Positions 34,310 through 35,606 of a DNA stretch of 35,606 nt are shown piece by piece. Below the pieces are notes generated by a model. The model saw nothing but the letters and a program-made list of their open reading frames with translations. It did no database searches and was not told where the DNA came from. A program made the translations under genes and the position numbers. The DNA is from Utricularia gibba (Eukaryota; Plantae; Magnoliophyta): NCBI GenBank assembly GCA_002189035.1, contig NEEC01000132.1, forward strand, positions 1-35,606. The letters are read 5' to 3'. How positions within the stretch are numbered: the stretch's first letter is position 1; every line of letters begins with the position of its first letter.

Positions 34310-35606
34310 AACCCCGAACGCAGATCTTGGAATACGGCCTCTATGATATCCACTTACGGAGCACTCCGTCGATAACTCTTAATTAATCAACTCCATCATT
34401 ATCGATCATGAGTGATGTCTAGCAACATATCATGATCCCCAAGATTAAAGAATAATCAGGGTGAACGGATTGAGCCTTTCCATGACCAGCCACTATGCAA
34501 TGAACACCTTTCATCATACTTATATCTCATTCGGTACCAGAACATGGGTGTGTGTCTTTCTGATGTATCGAACTTATAATTGCATTCAAGCACTAACACT
34601 CAATGACCTACTCAAACAATTCGAGTGTCATTACCCTGGGCCCAAGACTTACTGTTAGGCTTTGATACAATTACTTGATATATGATCTCATTGCTAACCT
34701 GAGTGATGAATCCTTTATTGATCAATCAACTATCTCCAACCTTAAAGAGTCACATATATAAGGTTTATCTTATAGATCTGTATGCCCTATATAAAAGCCA
34801 CATCTCTAAGATCTTTCAATGAAAAGCTCTTGGATAACCAGATTTTTACTGATTGCATTGTTGCAACACCATTTCCCATTACTAATATGTCATCCACATG
34901 TAGTATGAGAAATATGATTGCCAAGCCATCTACCTTCTTGTATACACAAGGTTCATCTTCATTTTGAGAGAAACCAAACTCTTTGATTGTCTCATCAAAT
35001 TTGATGTTCCAACTTCTTGAAGCTTGCTTTAGCCCATAGATGGATTTGTTCAGTTTACACACTTTACTAGGATCTTGTGTGAAACCTTCAGGTTGTGTCA
35101 TGTACACTTCCTCAGCAAAATTTCCATTTAGGAAGGCTGTTTTCACATCCATCTGCCATATCTCCTAATCAAAATGAGCAGCAATGGCAAGTAAAATTCG
35201 AATGGACTTCAGCATAGCAACAGGCGAGAAGGTTTCGTCATAATCAACACCTTGTTTTTGATGATACCCTTTTGCCACAAGTCGTGCCTTATAGGTAGAT
35301 ATATTTTCATCCATGTCAATTTTCCTTTTGAATAGCCATTTGCATCCAATAGGATTTACTCCCTCTGGAGCATTGGCCAATGTCCATACATTGTTCTCAT
35401 GGCAACAAGCCATTTACTTGACTCAGCACTATTGATTGCTTCGTCATAAGTCCGAGGTTCCTCATCTAATATGAGGTCTCCCATGCCTTCAACATCAACA
35501 ATGAAACCATATCTCACAATAGGGTTACGTTGTCGGACTAATCTTCTGACATAAAACATGCTTGGTACATTTGGCAAGTCAGATTGCTTAGGTTGATTGC
35601 TCACTG
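34310..35606 (-). mobile_element. Ty1/Copia Angela-type fragment: RT joined to LTR-like sequence, RNase H deleted
   Basis: [34 protein letters not shown]...[70 protein letters not shown] breaks at ~34762. Left boundary approximate. Confidence 0.85.

Overview
Plant (angiosperm) nuclear DNA. The first ~5 kb holds two convergent host genes: the 3' part of an intron-rich LETM1-like gene (+, to 2587) and an NGATHA-like (NGAL) B3 repressor (-, ATG 4909). Both carry small frameshifting deletions but no internal nonsense codons. The other ~29 kb is a nest of decayed LTR retrotransposons. An Ale-type Copia (6798-16605, TSD CAACT) has an inverted interior. Inside it sit a pol-less Tat/Retand-type Gypsy (8180-13852, TSD GACAT) carrying a spliced antisense Transposase_28-like accessory gene, and an Athila-like LTR. 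Further right are an ONSEN/Ivana-like Copia, an Athila element with an env-like ORF and an Angela-type Copia fragment. The most unusual item is a decayed five-exon gene at 31476-33730 that joins a Transposase_28-like domain in frame to an FCP1/NIF-like HAD phosphatase domain. All family assignments come from manual translation and motif recognition; no database searches were run.
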